A stretch of DNA of 64,000 bases from Rickettsiales bacterium (GCA_017620845.1 JAGAUJ010000012.1:1315-65314), one strand, 5' to 3'; counted from the stretch's first letter, positions 20,501 through 31,068 are shown. Translations and numbers: made by a program. The notes: generated by a model not told the origin, from the sequence alone.

Positions 20501-23176
20501 ATTTGAACTTGAACCATTACAAGATGAATCTAAAAACAGTGCCGTTATTGAAAAATCTTCTGGATATTCTGCTTCTTTATCTACTTCAACACAATGTGCT
20601 CTGTATTGGCAGAAATTTTTTATTTGTCCATAAGCGCTAGTTTTTAATCTTTCTGCATATGCATATGGTAAATCATACATTGTTATATTACCGTCAATAT
20701 TACTAAATCCTTGTTTTCTAATGTAATTAAGTTGTTCATTTGTATAATTTTTACCGACACCATCAAGTGTATTTATATTATTAAATTTAGTAACATTACT
20801 TTCTTCGCTAATTGGAAGATCAAAACCATAAATTGTTTCAAAATCTTTATCATTATAGTTAAAACTTTTCATATCTTGCATAACTTTTTTATAAGTGTAT
20901 GCAGAAAATGTCTTGCCAGCAGTATGTAATTCTTTATATTTTTCTCTCATTTTGGCACTAAAAAGTCCTTCCTTGCAATCTGCCGCGTTATATTGTGTTG
21001 CTTCTCTTTGTAAAACTCCACTTTTATCTTTATAATCAGTAAAATAATCTGCATCGCAATAACTTGCTCTATAATTTAATCCAGCATTTAATTTGAAATT
21101 GTATGGGCATAAGTTGTCACTAAAAACACATATGTGGTCTGTACCACTTTTTTTACTTGCTTCAAATTTATAATCGTCTATTTCACATGTTATTTTTTCA
21201 GCATCTGTATCTCTGCTTGCTATATAGTTAAATAAATTTGTTTTTTCTACTGCGTCTGTTCCATATTTATGAACTACATTAGAAAAACAAAATTTGCTAT
21301 TATGACTACTTTTATTTTCTAAACACACAAAATGTCTACTTCTATATTTACAACATTTTCTTGCCTCAGTAAAGGCATTTTTACATTTTATGCTATATTT
21401 GTCAAGTTTGCCACTGTTTTTATCAATTATGTAATATTTTGTGCCATTTTCTTGAAATGATTTTAAATTTCTTTTATCCTCGTTTCCTATATCTTTTTCT
21501 GGTAAGATACATCCATCATTAGAATTATAAAAAAATCTACTACAAGCAAAATTAGCTTTTTCATTACCTTTCATATAATATCTTTGTGCAACAGATCTAA
21601 AACCTTTATATTCTGGTAATCTTGGATCTATACAATAATCTGGTTCATATTCTATTGAGCCTTGTCTATTGTCTTCAATATTTTTAACATCATTTTCAGC
21701 TTTGTTGGCCACATATTCTTTACCGCCATAAGTATATTCTCTAAAAAATTTATTTTTTATATTTTTTGTGTTGGCTTGAATTTTATTACACCAGTTGCTT
21801 TCATTGTTTATACTGTCACAAGCTTCACTATTACTTAGGGAGCAATTATTGGTATTTATACAATCACTAACTGCTTTATATCTGGAATTATCAAACATAC
21901 CTTTTTCATAGTATTTTCCATCCTCTGTTGGTCTATAACTTAACCAATTATAACCACAGAATGTGATGTTTTTTAAAGCATCTTTTGCATCATCATATTT
22001 AATTGCATTTGTTATAGCAATTGTAGATTTTATTACATAATCAAGAGTTGAGACGCTAATTATTTTTGCTATAAGACAGGCTCCGTCTCCACTTAATATA
22101 TCAATTGCTAAATTAATCATAAAATCCAAGGTAAATTCTATTTGTAAAAGTGCCGACATTAATATTGGCTCATAGGCTAGTTTTGGGTCAAAAAATAATT
22201 CTATGCCAGTTTTTGTTGCAATAGTTGCAATAGTTGCTGTCACCTCAATTATTTCTTTTGATTTGTATTTTTTCGCAGTTTTTTCTGCTGCTTCTTTACT
22301 GGCTTTTTCTGCTGCTTCTTTAGCAGCTTTTTCTGCCATCTCCTTAGCAACATCGTCTGCTACTTCTTCACCTACCTCCTTCATAACCTTTTCTGCTGCT
22401 TCTTTAGCAGCTTTTTCTGCTGCCTCTTTTGCTGCTTTTTCTGCTGCCTCTTTTGCTGCTTTGCCAAGATTTTTTAAGGCACTTTTTAAACATACTACTT
22501 CAACAATTGATTGTTGTGCTAAATATTCACTATAAATTGGAACAGTAAGTTCAACTATACACTGGTCTCTTGTTGCTGAGTATGAATAAGCGCACTTGCT
22601 GTCAATTGGTTCTAAATCTTCTTTTATAAAATATTTTTCAATTACATTATCATTAAGTGAACATTGGTTGTTTTCAATGGGTATGTCCATTGGGTAGACT
22701 GGAAATACTGGATAACCACCACCTGGTGTAGATTTTTGCCTACTAACATATTCATTTTCTTCAACATAAACAAGTTGATGCTGACAGTATAAATTTGTTT
22801 TGTATATTTGCTGTAATGATATTGCTGATAAACCTTCTGTTGTTGAGATGTTAATTATATCTACAATATTGCCAAGTGTGGTAATAATCTCAGTTATCCC
22901 ATCAGCATCTGGACTACCTTCTGTACTAACAACACTAACAACACCAGCTTGAATTAAATATGCTATTGGTCTAGCTAAGACATTGGAACCAGGTATAAAA
23001 CTTAAAACATCCATGGATACATTTAGTTCCTCATTGTCATTGATACCATCTAATGCTGGATCATTTTTTAATTTTCTTGATGTTTCACTGTAGTTATAGT
23101 AATCTTTATTTGCAGAATAAAGATTGTTATTAAATAAGTTAAATAAAATAAAAGATAAATATATAATTTTAAACAT
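17546..23176 (-). CDS. virB6: Giant VirB6-family type IV secretion protein (1876 aa)
   Basis: In virB3-virB4 operon; GCYFD...LSFFDTLDCK..YLG followed by a multi-TM core (ILIFLSPIILPMMFF..TK.Y..W); Cys-rich N-region and coiled-coil C-tail. Confidence 0.8.
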   Translation of the reverse strand: MFKIIYLSFILFNLFNNNLYSANKDYYNYSETSRKLKNDPALDGINDNEELNVSMDVLSFIPGSNVLARPIAYLIQAGVVSVVSTEGSPDADGITEIITTLGNIVDIINISTTEGLSAISLQQIYKTNLYCQHQLVYVEENEYVSRQKSTPGGGYPVFPVYPMDIPIENNQCSLNDNVIEKYFIKEDLEPIDSKCAYSYSATRDQCIVELTVPIYSEYLAQQSIVEVVCLKSALKNLGKAAKEAAEKAAKEAAEKAAKEAAEKVMKEVGEEVADDVAKEMAEKAAKEAAEKASKEAAEKTAKKYKSKEIIEVTATIATIATKTGIELFFDPKLAYEPILMSALLQIEFTLDFMINLAIDILSGDGACLIAKIISVSTLDYVIKSTIAITNAIKYDDAKDALKNITFCGYNWLSYRPTEDGKYYEKGMFDNSRYKAVSDCINTNNCSLSNSEACDSINNESNWCNKIQANTKNIKNKFFREYTYGGKEYVANKAENDVKNIEDNRQGSIEYEPDYCIDPRLPEYKGFRSVAQRYYMKGNEKANFACSRFFYNSNDGCILPEKDIGNEDKRNLKSFQENGTKYYIIDKNSGKLDKYSIKCKNAFTEARKCCKYRSRHFVCLENKSSHNSKFCFSNVVHKYGTDAVEKTNLFNYIASRDTDAEKITCEIDDYKFEASKKSGTDHICVFSDNLCPYNFKLNAGLNYRASYCDADYFTDYKDKSGVLQREATQYNAADCKEGLFSAKMREKYKELHTAGKTFSAYTYKKVMQDMKSFNYNDKDFETIYGFDLPISEESNVTKFNNINTLDGVGKNYTNEQLNYIRKQGFSNIDGNITMYDLPYAYAERLKTSAYGQIKNFCQYRAHCVEVDKEAEYPEDFSITALFLDSSCNGSSSNSRNILQTDRGGIPRQLSVPIVECVYESLKNLVNGIAGISSCAEGVDLNEDGYCEFDTKEDVEYNLKHSNTKFFEGKYNKVNDVYMIKGIELPADYNPFLKIQKYFVNIIKITLCLFLVVSSYKKLIVGDYNIFEKDFISKHMPNLVLQTSKFSLVAYLVFSNGWRNGIYDYIVNFSTATYDFVNRLFVKVVKNPKNQILEINNGSGKIIKIVQVDGATNTETDTFICYRYDMFNNIDFKIKNDLLGRCDNGYRKKPLTEILVTKNNNFPKQTNACRQIISNNQEISKLLYYIDQYNKKNTNKLKIKITNTNDIDSLLNKNINQCTSLSSSTWTDLETTGGLWNKDYDGCYFDTTEYEYSKSYLSFFDTLDCKMIRYLGYSTDSAVPNLLIYSAVMLLPQLIFPNSNSAISKIVGGLGSMIFGLMMTFMFMMFNVLLKAVYLFTSSFFILSILIFLSPIILPMMFFDKTKSYYEKWFEYILGTVIKPSFGLALLILYVNLMDIVLIGDGVEFNKHSKIGRGPNVECLEGTLSFFCLVNQNITTTIGTILPLIFSEHLFDLLVNIVIVFLFFKLSDSFLDDLNNIIENIFKIGSASKLSGKDSIQQDKINDSVNQAMSTGKKLGDEFRQNYIGNVALGIAGNISNNVDSIAQKVATIRSNFNEYKLNKAQKNGRGYLSFYKDANGKRGFGFVGGINRQEEKLNNINNRIATLKQEIEIADTQANTLSSNGQQTDGISQGNIMREKQEELDKLQKEKEKTEQKLQERRDRTEPRIARRKDRLGIGDGKSGAGNIAQQMNNFLNRGFRLEKFENKFVGFFKNNNNVWLNTQKEKLKNKFKHKNKLTNNKLARGIYNLGSNLFGENGEARLLKKENEKLQDKKAWFFKHLLNRDGINKLEEDVINLNKKILDLEKEIEASGQSKISNIKKFIYEKQLEHRQKGINDKKAQYIDNIDEAEYYERENTKWNIEHGAKIDDNSNTVNRDGDN
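22270..22463 (-). repeat. Imperfect 24-bp tandem repeat encoding (KAAKEAAE)n
   Basis: Repeated ttttctgctgcttctttagcagc-like units; about six peptide repeats. Confidence 0.9.
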
Positions 23177-23197
23177 AACTACGTCCTTATTAATTAT

Positions 23198-26100
23198 TTA
23201 TGTGTCAATATTGGTATTACTATCACTATTAGTTGTTTCATTTTTATTATTACCATCATTATTGATTTCGTTTTTTTTATTCATTTCATTATATCTTTTT
23301 ATCTTATCTTCTTTTTCTACTGCATTATTTCTATTGGCAGTTTCTTTGATTGTGCCAGTTCCTTTTCTTTTTTGATATTGATTTATGGCAGTATTGCCAA
23401 CAATTTTTAAACCTTCCATAGATTTATTTGATATTTTAGCAAAAATTGATGCTGTACCACCTAAAATAGTTTTTAGGTCTGGTATTCCATCTGTTTTTGG
23501 AACACTACTTCCAAATATTGTGCTTGACATTTCGCCTATATAAGAGGTAAATTGATCGAATATAAATATTATTACCAATAGAAACATCATTGATAAAAAT
23601 AAATCAAATATATCTGTTGCACCTTCAAATACGGCTGGGAAACCAGTAAAACCTTCTATAATAAAATCAAATAATGTAGATCCCGAATTATTTGTTGCAT
23701 TTCTAAACATTGATGCACAAATTGGTGCTTCTTGTGATAAATTAATTACTTTTCCTTTTGCATTATTTGTGCACTCATTTATTTTATTCGTCATTTCAGC
23801 ATCATCATTACTATCTGTTATATAATAAAAATTACTTTCAGATATTTTACAAATTTTTCCACAATATACATCTCTTATTGGCTCTCTGGTTCCGTAAAAT
23901 ACAGCATCACCAATAAAATATTTATCAAAAATTAATATAAATAAAGATAAAGACATTATTATGAATAGTGGAGTAAATATACAAGAAAATATTTTTTTAA
24001 TCCAAGAACTAAAAAAACCTTTTGTTTTTTTCAATAAATACATTGGAATCATTATTGGAGATATAAATAATAGTAGTGTTAAAGTTAAAGAATTAAATAT
24101 AAATTGGTAGGCTATTTTAATTGCAAAAAATATTAAAGATAACATAACAAGTATAAAGGGAAGTATCAATATCAATGTAAAACCAAATGATAATATACCA
24201 GATATAAAATAACTTAATATTGGTGGTGCAGTAATATATTCTGTACTAAAACCAAAATACCTGTATAATTTACAATCTAATGTATCAAAAACCGCTAAAT
24301 ATTGTCTATCTCCATAGTTTTGATAATTATTTGCTATTTCATCATGTTTAAAGAAATAACAGCCAGAATATTTACTATTATCATATCCAACATTTTGTCT
24401 ATCGCTGATTGATATATTTATAGCAAAACTTGAAACTGCATTCATTGCCGAGTATATTCCATTAAATACATAAGAAATCCAATTATTGTTCAATGTAAAA
24501 TAAGATACAGTCACAATTGTAAATATAGTTTTTAATACTTCTTCTGAACTAAAACCTTTTTTATATAAAACCATATTAAAACCATATAGAACAACAAATA
24601 TAGCTAATAAAACTTTTATTATAGCACTGAAATATTTTTTTAACGTTTTAAAAGGACTTGGATATTCATTTTCATTTAAATCTTCTCCTTTTTTATATAC
24701 TTCACCGCTTGGACATGTATTATTTTCATCGGCTTGTTCATTACCCAAAACACATCTTGTGTGTCCGGCTTTATTTAATAATAAATTTTTAAATGTTTCA
24801 ACAAAACATTCAATAAATGGTGCGGTAAATAACTTTGTATTTTTTGCATTTAACGGTGTTGTGTAATTCATGAAATTATGTGATGAGCCAACAAAATCCA
24901 TACATGCTTTATCTATATATGGCGTTGAATTTATTGGTTCTGGTTCAATTAAGTCCGGAATTAATACACAATGTCTATCTAACTGACAAAAATTTGCTGG
25001 TTTGTTGTAACATGCAGTTGTTTCTTCTCCATCAAAACATGGCCCAGTACATCTCTTATTACCATCTGCATCAAAAGTGCAATTATTTTCAGTATTTAAT
25101 GCTTGTATTTCATTTGATGCATCTTCAATATATATTTCTTCGTTTCCTTCTTTTAGTTTTACTTTATAGCCGCCCTCATAGGTTTGTGTAAATTGTTTAC
25201 TAGCTTCTTCTGACCCGCCTAAAATCCTAAAATTATAAGGACATAAATTATATGTTTCAACACAATATTTATTTTGATTATATGAAGATTGTCTTATTTT
25301 AAATGTTATTGTATTTGCATCCTCATGAGCGTTAGAGTTATTTGTTGTTATTGCTGAACTTCCAACTATATCATTTTTTACATTTCCTTGTTCATCGCAA
25401 TATGTATTATATTGTGCTTCTATTTCAGTGAGATCAAAAGGATTATCCTCTGAATTTATAGATGTATTAGTTTTTAGTTTTTCTATTTGATTTTTTAAAT
25501 CTGTACATACATTGTCAGAATTACTATTTTCTGTGTTTAATGTATAATCACTCTGTATACTACAATCACCAGTAGAGGCGTCTTTGCTACACATAGTATA
25601 ATATTCTGTTGCTTTTGGATCATTTCTATTTTTATTACTTATACATATCAAATGTTGACTTGCTTCCAGACAACATTTATATGCTTCCATATATTCTGTT
25701 TTACTAGATCCTAAAAATCTGTCGCAAGCAAAATTAGCAGCATCAGTTCCTTTAAAATAGTATAATTGACTTGTTTTATCTATTGTGCCAAGATAATATT
25801 TTCTTTCTGGTCGTGGATCTTTACAGCCAGTATAGGCATATTCCATACCATCATATATGAATTCCCTATACTGTTTATTTGTTGTGCTTGATAAGTTATC
25901 AATAGTGTTAATGTTTTCTATATTGGTACTATTACCAAACAATTTTTTACATGTATCAACATTTTTACTTTGGAAACAATCCTGTAGGGTATATTTGTAT
26001 GAACCAAAAAAGTCTCCTTTTGTCGGAAAATATGCTTTTATATAATTAAAATTTATGTCAGTATTGCTTGTAAAGGCGCCAGATTTGTCTAATTCTTGTT

Positions 26101-26815
26101 TTAAATTATTATTTCCATATGTTAACCAATTATCCCCACATAAAGATAATCTATTATATACTTCTTTTGCATCATCATACCTAGTTTTACCAATTCCTCT
26201 TTTAACACTATAAATTACCGTAGCAATTACAACAATAATAATAACTTTTATCCAAAATTGTATTTTTAATTTCATAACAACAACCATTACCAAACACGAT
26301 ATTATCATACCAATATATATATCTTGACAACTTGGATTTGTTGGATCAAGATTATAATCATCTTCTGCAAATATTAATTCTTCCAATCTTTCTAAACCAC
26401 TACTTGCAAAAGCAACTAAAATTAATCCCAAACTACCCATTAAACTTTTTCCATTTGAAGAAGATACAGAAGAAGATATTGCTGACAAAGTTCCCAAACA
26501 CAAAAATGGAGCCAAAAATATGTTAACAAAAATATCCCATGTCCATACTCCAATATTTTCACCTATACTTAATAATTTACTATCGCTGAAATATTTCAAA
26601 TTATCAGGATAACAAGAAAAACCATCTGTTGTGTTATATTTATATTCTATGACACTTCTTTGTCCTTCTCGTGTTGATGGAACATTATAATGTCTTATTC
26701 TATCTCTTGGTCCTGCAACTTGTGGTTTAAAATTTGCAAATACATCTTGCACAGTTCCAAAAAGACAATTAAAGAAAATCACAAACATTATAAAATATTT
26801 CACATATTTATTCAT
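23198..26815 (-). CDS. virB6: Large VirB6-family type IV secretion protein (1205 aa)
   Basis: Directly downstream of virB4; YLAVFDTLDCKL.RYFG, LLFISPIMIPMYLLKKTKGFFSSW core; paralogous to 17546-23176. Confidence 0.82.
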   Translation of the reverse strand: MNKYVKYFIMFVIFFNCLFGTVQDVFANFKPQVAGPRDRIRHYNVPSTREGQRSVIEYKYNTTDGFSCYPDNLKYFSDSKLLSIGENIGVWTWDIFVNIFLAPFLCLGTLSAISSSVSSSNGKSLMGSLGLILVAFASSGLERLEELIFAEDDYNLDPTNPSCQDIYIGMIISCLVMVVVMKLKIQFWIKVIIIVVIATVIYSVKRGIGKTRYDDAKEVYNRLSLCGDNWLTYGNNNLKQELDKSGAFTSNTDINFNYIKAYFPTKGDFFGSYKYTLQDCFQSKNVDTCKKLFGNSTNIENINTIDNLSSTTNKQYREFIYDGMEYAYTGCKDPRPERKYYLGTIDKTSQLYYFKGTDAANFACDRFLGSSKTEYMEAYKCCLEASQHLICISNKNRNDPKATEYYTMCSKDASTGDCSIQSDYTLNTENSNSDNVCTDLKNQIEKLKTNTSINSEDNPFDLTEIEAQYNTYCDEQGNVKNDIVGSSAITTNNSNAHEDANTITFKIRQSSYNQNKYCVETYNLCPYNFRILGGSEEASKQFTQTYEGGYKVKLKEGNEEIYIEDASNEIQALNTENNCTFDADGNKRCTGPCFDGEETTACYNKPANFCQLDRHCVLIPDLIEPEPINSTPYIDKACMDFVGSSHNFMNYTTPLNAKNTKLFTAPFIECFVETFKNLLLNKAGHTRCVLGNEQADENNTCPSGEVYKKGEDLNENEYPSPFKTLKKYFSAIIKVLLAIFVVLYGFNMVLYKKGFSSEEVLKTIFTIVTVSYFTLNNNWISYVFNGIYSAMNAVSSFAINISISDRQNVGYDNSKYSGCYFFKHDEIANNYQNYGDRQYLAVFDTLDCKLYRYFGFSTEYITAPPILSYFISGILSFGFTLILILPFILVMLSLIFFAIKIAYQFIFNSLTLTLLLFISPIMIPMYLLKKTKGFFSSWIKKIFSCIFTPLFIIMSLSLFILIFDKYFIGDAVFYGTREPIRDVYCGKICKISESNFYYITDSNDDAEMTNKINECTNNAKGKVINLSQEAPICASMFRNATNNSGSTLFDFIIEGFTGFPAVFEGATDIFDLFLSMMFLLVIIFIFDQFTSYIGEMSSTIFGSSVPKTDGIPDLKTILGGTASIFAKISNKSMEGLKIVGNTAINQYQKRKGTGTIKETANRNNAVEKEDKIKRYNEMNKKNEINNDGNNKNETTNSDSNTNIDT

Positions 26816-26822
26816 ACACTAC

Positions 26823-29216
26823 CTACAACTTTCTTGATCTTTCATAATAAATCTCTAACCAATCTTCTGGTTTATCACTACCAATTTCTTTTATTATTTC
26901 ATTTAACAAAATAACTGTTTCGGCTCTACCAGACAAAACTCTAACAACATCGCCCATGCCATTTAAATCTATTCTTGCAATTACACCACCCTGATCTTGT
27001 TTAATTAAAAAATACCTACTACTTGGATCGGTTGTTTTTATCAATTGGAACTCTCTTTCACTCAGCATAAATGCAGTCTTATAAACCTCTGTTGCTTTCA
27101 AATTTGGTAAATATATTTGTGTTGCAGTTTGTTGAACCAAAGTATCTGAAATACTACTTTTTGTTGCATCTTCAACAGATTGTGTAGCAAACACAACAAA
27201 AGCATTTAATTTTCTAAATACTTTTAGCCAATCTTTTATTTTTGGTGCAAATACTGGATTGTCAATTAAAGCCCAAGCCTCATCAAGAATAATCATTGTT
27301 GGTGTTCCATCAAGTGAACTTTGTATTCTATGAAATAAATATAACAATACTGGACTCATACTTTTTTTATCTTTTAATATTTCACCCATTTCAAAACCAA
27401 AAGCATAAGCGGAAAAAAAATCTATTATATCCTCATCATTATCAAACAATCTTGCATGTGAACCATCACTATGCCACATTTCAAGTCTTCCAGCCAAAGA
27501 GCCTGGACCACCCATTCCTAAAAATGGCGCTATATTTCTTAATACTCTTTTTTCATAAGGTAATTTATAATTACCATTAACGGCTTCGCTTACTCTTGCC
27601 ATATCTTCTGCTGTTAATGATTCACCATTAACTGTAAGCATAACGCATAACCACTCAATCAAAAATGCTTTATTTTCAGCATTTTCTGGAAGTTTTAAGG
27701 GATTGAAGCCAGAACATCTACTTGATTCTAAAACTGAATAAGTGCCTCCAAGTGCTCTTATAAATATTTCTGCACCTCTATCTTTATCAAAAAAGAACAT
27801 TCTACAATTAAATTTTTGTGCTTGTGCACACAAAAAGTTCATCATAACAGTTTTACCGGCACCAGTAGGTCCTATAATCATTGTATGTCCAACATCTCTA
27901 ACATGAAAACTAAAAAAGAATGGAGTTCCTGAAACAGTATTTACAACAGTGCAAGCATCTCCCCAATGATTTCCAACTCTTTTTCCAGACGGATAATTAT
28001 GAAATGAAGCGAAACTTGCCAAATTTAAAGTATTAATTGTTGATTTTCTTACTATATATTTAATATTTCCAGGCAATTGAGACCAAAAACAAGCCTCCAT
28101 ATTCATTCTTTCTCTAACTGCTGTTATACCAACATTTGAAAATTCAACAATTGACATTGATATTGCATTTTCAATATTTCTTACGCTATCTTCAAAACAG
28201 CAAATAGTTAAATGATGACTTCCAAAAGCAAACTTACCACCCATAGCAGCATCAAGAGCCTCGTCAATTTCTCTAATCTGTGAAACAGCAACATCTTCTG
28301 ATTGAATCATACGTCTTTGTTGTAGTTGCATACTACTAATAGCAACCATTCTATTAATATATACATACGATTGACAAATTATAAACTCAAATGGCATTTG
28401 TAAAAATCCATCCAAAATACCAGCATTTGTAGATGGTCTATATTCTTTTATTGAGGCAATAGCACCAAATTTAGTTCCTGTTGGTGTCATGACTTCAAAA
28501 ACTTTTTGACCAAAATATAATCTATTTGTTTGAATATAATGATCTAATGGTATTGGAGATAATCTATAATCTTGTATTTGTCCACAATTAACTATAACAC
28601 CTAAAAATTTTAATATATCTGAATAAACACCATCAACAGTTTCTCTTAAACATAATAATTCAGCTCTGTAATTACTAAAACCGTTTAAAACTCTTTCAGT
28701 AATTTCGTCTAGTTCAGCAACAGCATCTTTAAATGCTTTATTTTTTGCACTTTTATCAGCTTTTGATCTTAGTTTGGAAATAAAGTGTCCAATTTTAGCC
28801 ATACCAGCTGTATCTTCTTTTCTAACTATTGTTATATAATGTTCATTAATAAAACATCTATCGCCAGTATGCCTGTCTTTCCATTCTTTATTTAATCTTT
28901 TTGTAAAAACATTTGAATAATCGCCACCTGGGTAAGCTTCTTCTCTTCTTCTAATTGTATGAAACCATAAAGCAAAGTTTCCAGAAGCCATACCTTTTAA
29001 TAAGTTATTTCTTGCATTTTTCTTAATATCTATATCATCATCATCTGCTGTTTCAAATGAAAAGCCACTAACTTTTATAACTTTTATCAAACTATTATCT
29101 TTTAATAAAATAGTATCATCTTTGCAATGTAAATAATATGGTATAAAATCCGCCGAAGTTCTTTCGCCGGAAAGATATTTTTGTTTTTCTGCTAAATTAT
29201 TTCCAATATTAAACAT
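26823..29216 (-). CDS. virB4: Type IV secretion ATPase VirB4
   Basis: GFSFETAD, DVGHTMIIGPTGAGKT, FDKDRG, IILDEAW, FATQS. Confidence 0.96.
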   Translation of the reverse strand: MFNIGNNLAEKQKYLSGERTSADFIPYYLHCKDDTILLKDNSLIKVIKVSGFSFETADDDDIDIKKNARNNLLKGMASGNFALWFHTIRRREEAYPGGDYSNVFTKRLNKEWKDRHTGDRCFINEHYITIVRKEDTAGMAKIGHFISKLRSKADKSAKNKAFKDAVAELDEITERVLNGFSNYRAELLCLRETVDGVYSDILKFLGVIVNCGQIQDYRLSPIPLDHYIQTNRLYFGQKVFEVMTPTGTKFGAIASIKEYRPSTNAGILDGFLQMPFEFIICQSYVYINRMVAISSMQLQQRRMIQSEDVAVSQIREIDEALDAAMGGKFAFGSHHLTICCFEDSVRNIENAISMSIVEFSNVGITAVRERMNMEACFWSQLPGNIKYIVRKSTINTLNLASFASFHNYPSGKRVGNHWGDACTVVNTVSGTPFFFSFHVRDVGHTMIIGPTGAGKTVMMNFLCAQAQKFNCRMFFFDKDRGAEIFIRALGGTYSVLESSRCSGFNPLKLPENAENKAFLIEWLCVMLTVNGESLTAEDMARVSEAVNGNYKLPYEKRVLRNIAPFLGMGGPGSLAGRLEMWHSDGSHARLFDNDEDIIDFFSAYAFGFEMGEILKDKKSMSPVLLYLFHRIQSSLDGTPTMIILDEAWALIDNPVFAPKIKDWLKVFRKLNAFVVFATQSVEDATKSSISDTLVQQTATQIYLPNLKATEVYKTAFMLSEREFQLIKTTDPSSRYFLIKQDQGGVIARIDLNGMGDVVRVLSGRAETVILLNEIIKEIGSDKPEDWLEIYYERSRKL

Positions 29217-29230
29217 ACTTTACAACCATA

Positions 29231-29530
29231 TTAATAAACATCATAAGAGTTAACACCTCCATGAAAAGTCTTATTTGGACACATATTAAAATTACTTGTC
29301 TTCATAATAACAAGTTCTAACATTAAAGGTTCTTTTAAACATATAAAGTAAGCAATTCCATGTAGTCCTGGTAATAATACTAACAAATATATAAAATTAC
29401 TTGTTATAATAAACGCCATAACGGAACCCATAGCATTAAGAGCAGCGTAAATATATGTAACACCCAATATCATACTGGGTCTTGTTAGACCTAAAAATAA
29501 AGGATCGGCTTCTATTCTTCCGTTGGCCAC
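29231..29530 (-). CDS. virB3: Type IV secretion protein VirB3
   Basis: DPLFLGLTRPSMILGV, two TM segments, C-terminal NSY; upstream of virB4. Confidence 0.93.
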   Translation of the reverse strand: MANGRIEADPLFLGLTRPSMILGVTYIYAALNAMGSVMAFIITSNFIYLLVLLPGLHGIAYFICLKEPLMLELVIMKTSNFNMCPNKTFHGGVNSYDVY

Positions 29531-29747
29531 AGTAAAAAATAATAAGTATACTTGTTTTCCAGTATATCTTTAAAAAAGAAAAAATCAAGATAAATATTAA
29601 AACTTATGTCAATTTGTATATATTTTATTTTAATTAGTTTAATTTATTAATAATGATTATAATAATTGACTCAAATTATTGGTTTAACTATTGATTATTA
29701 AAATACAAATTTTACAATTTAAATGCTCTCAATAAATAATTAATATT

Positions 29748-30458
29748 ATGATAAATAAAATAAAAAATTACTTAAAAAATATTACAATAAATCACATAAT
29801 AGTTTTATGTTTAGTATTTATATTGTTATTATTATTTATTCAAAATAGACAATTAAACAAAATCATACATAAACAAATTACAATTAATAATGTTACAAGA
29901 CATTTTAATAAAGATAATTTTGATAGATACTATAATAATAGAATAGATAGAGAATTTGAGCGAGAATTAATTAATATGAAAAAAGAATTAGAGAGAAATA
30001 TAAGAGATTTTAGTGATATAGAGAGAAGATTTTATAAAGATTTTATAGATGCTGGTGATATTAAAATTTTTGAAGAATTTAAAGATAGAGATTTTGATTA
30101 TAAACAACACAAAAGACATAATAATTTTGACAAAATAAAAAATATGAATAGACAAAATGGATTTGTTTATCGCCCAAAAATTGAACAGAATGAAAGTGAG
30201 TTTAAATTACAAATGAAATTACCAAAAAATATAAATATGGAAAATGTAAAGATTGATTTGCAAAATAACAACTTAATTTTACATATAGAAAAAAATATAA
30301 ATATTCAAGATGATAATAAGAATTATCAGTCTTATTCACATTCATCTTTTTTTGAAAGTTTTTTATTGCCAGAAACAAAATCCACAGTTTCAAATGTAAA
30401 GGTTGATTTGAATAAAAATAATAATGAATTAACAATTATTGTTCCAATTATAAAGTAA
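29748..30458 (+). CDS. Hsp20/alpha-crystallin-domain protein with N-terminal membrane anchor
   Basis: TM IIVLCLVFILLLLFI; C-terminal LP....NVKIDLQNNNL...SF.ESFLLP...LTIIVP. Confidence 0.72.
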   Translation: MINKIKNYLKNITINHIIVLCLVFILLLLFIQNRQLNKIIHKQITINNVTRHFNKDNFDRYYNNRIDREFERELINMKKELERNIRDFSDIERRFYKDFIDAGDIKIFEEFKDRDFDYKQHKRHNNFDKIKNMNRQNGFVYRPKIEQNESEFKLQMKLPKNINMENVKIDLQNNNLILHIEKNINIQDDNKNYQSYSHSSFFESFLLPETKSTVSNVKVDLNKNNNELTIIVPIIK

Positions 30459-30459
30459 T

Positions 30460-31068
30460 ATGCCAACATTTGATATAGAAAATAGTTTAAGTGGTGTAGT
30501 TGCTGGTATAGATGAGGCAGGTAGGGGACCTTTGTGTGGACCGGTGTTTGCCAGTTGTGTTATATTGGATAGAAATAATTTTCCAAATAATTTGGATGAC
30601 TCTAAAAAAATTACAGAAAAAAATAGGGAAAAGATTTTTAAGGAAATATTGAATTTTGAAGAAAAAGGTTTGCTGCATTATGGTGTTGCAAGCGTTAATG
30701 CTGATATAATAGATCGAATAAATATTAGAGAAGCAACAAAACTTGCAATGAAAAAGTCTTATGAAAATCTTGTGAAAAAGTATAATGTGCAAGTTGATAA
30801 TGTTATTGTGGATGGTAATTTTGTTCCTGATATTGATACAAATGCAATTTCGGTAATTAAGGGCGATCAAAAAAGTTTTTCTATATCTTGTGCTTCAATA
30901 ATAGCAAAGGTGTTGAGAGATAGGGAGTTAATAGAAATGGATAAATTGTATCCAATGTATTGTTGGGTTAAAAATAAGGGTTATGGAACAAAAAATCATA
31001 TTGAGGCAATACAAAGGTATGGACTTGTTGCTGGCTATCATAGGAAGAGTTTTTGTAAAAGATTTTGA
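30460..31068 (+). CDS. rnhB: Ribonuclease HII
   Basis: AGIDEAGRGPLCGPV, DSKK, VDGN, KGD..S..CASIIAKV.RD, NKGYGT, HRKSF. Confidence 0.97.
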   Translation: MPTFDIENSLSGVVAGIDEAGRGPLCGPVFASCVILDRNNFPNNLDDSKKITEKNREKIFKEILNFEEKGLLHYGVASVNADIIDRINIREATKLAMKKSYENLVKKYNVQVDNVIVDGNFVPDIDTNAISVIKGDQKSFSISCASIIAKVLRDRELIEMDKLYPMYCWVKNKGYGTKNHIEAIQRYGLVAGYHRKSFCKRF

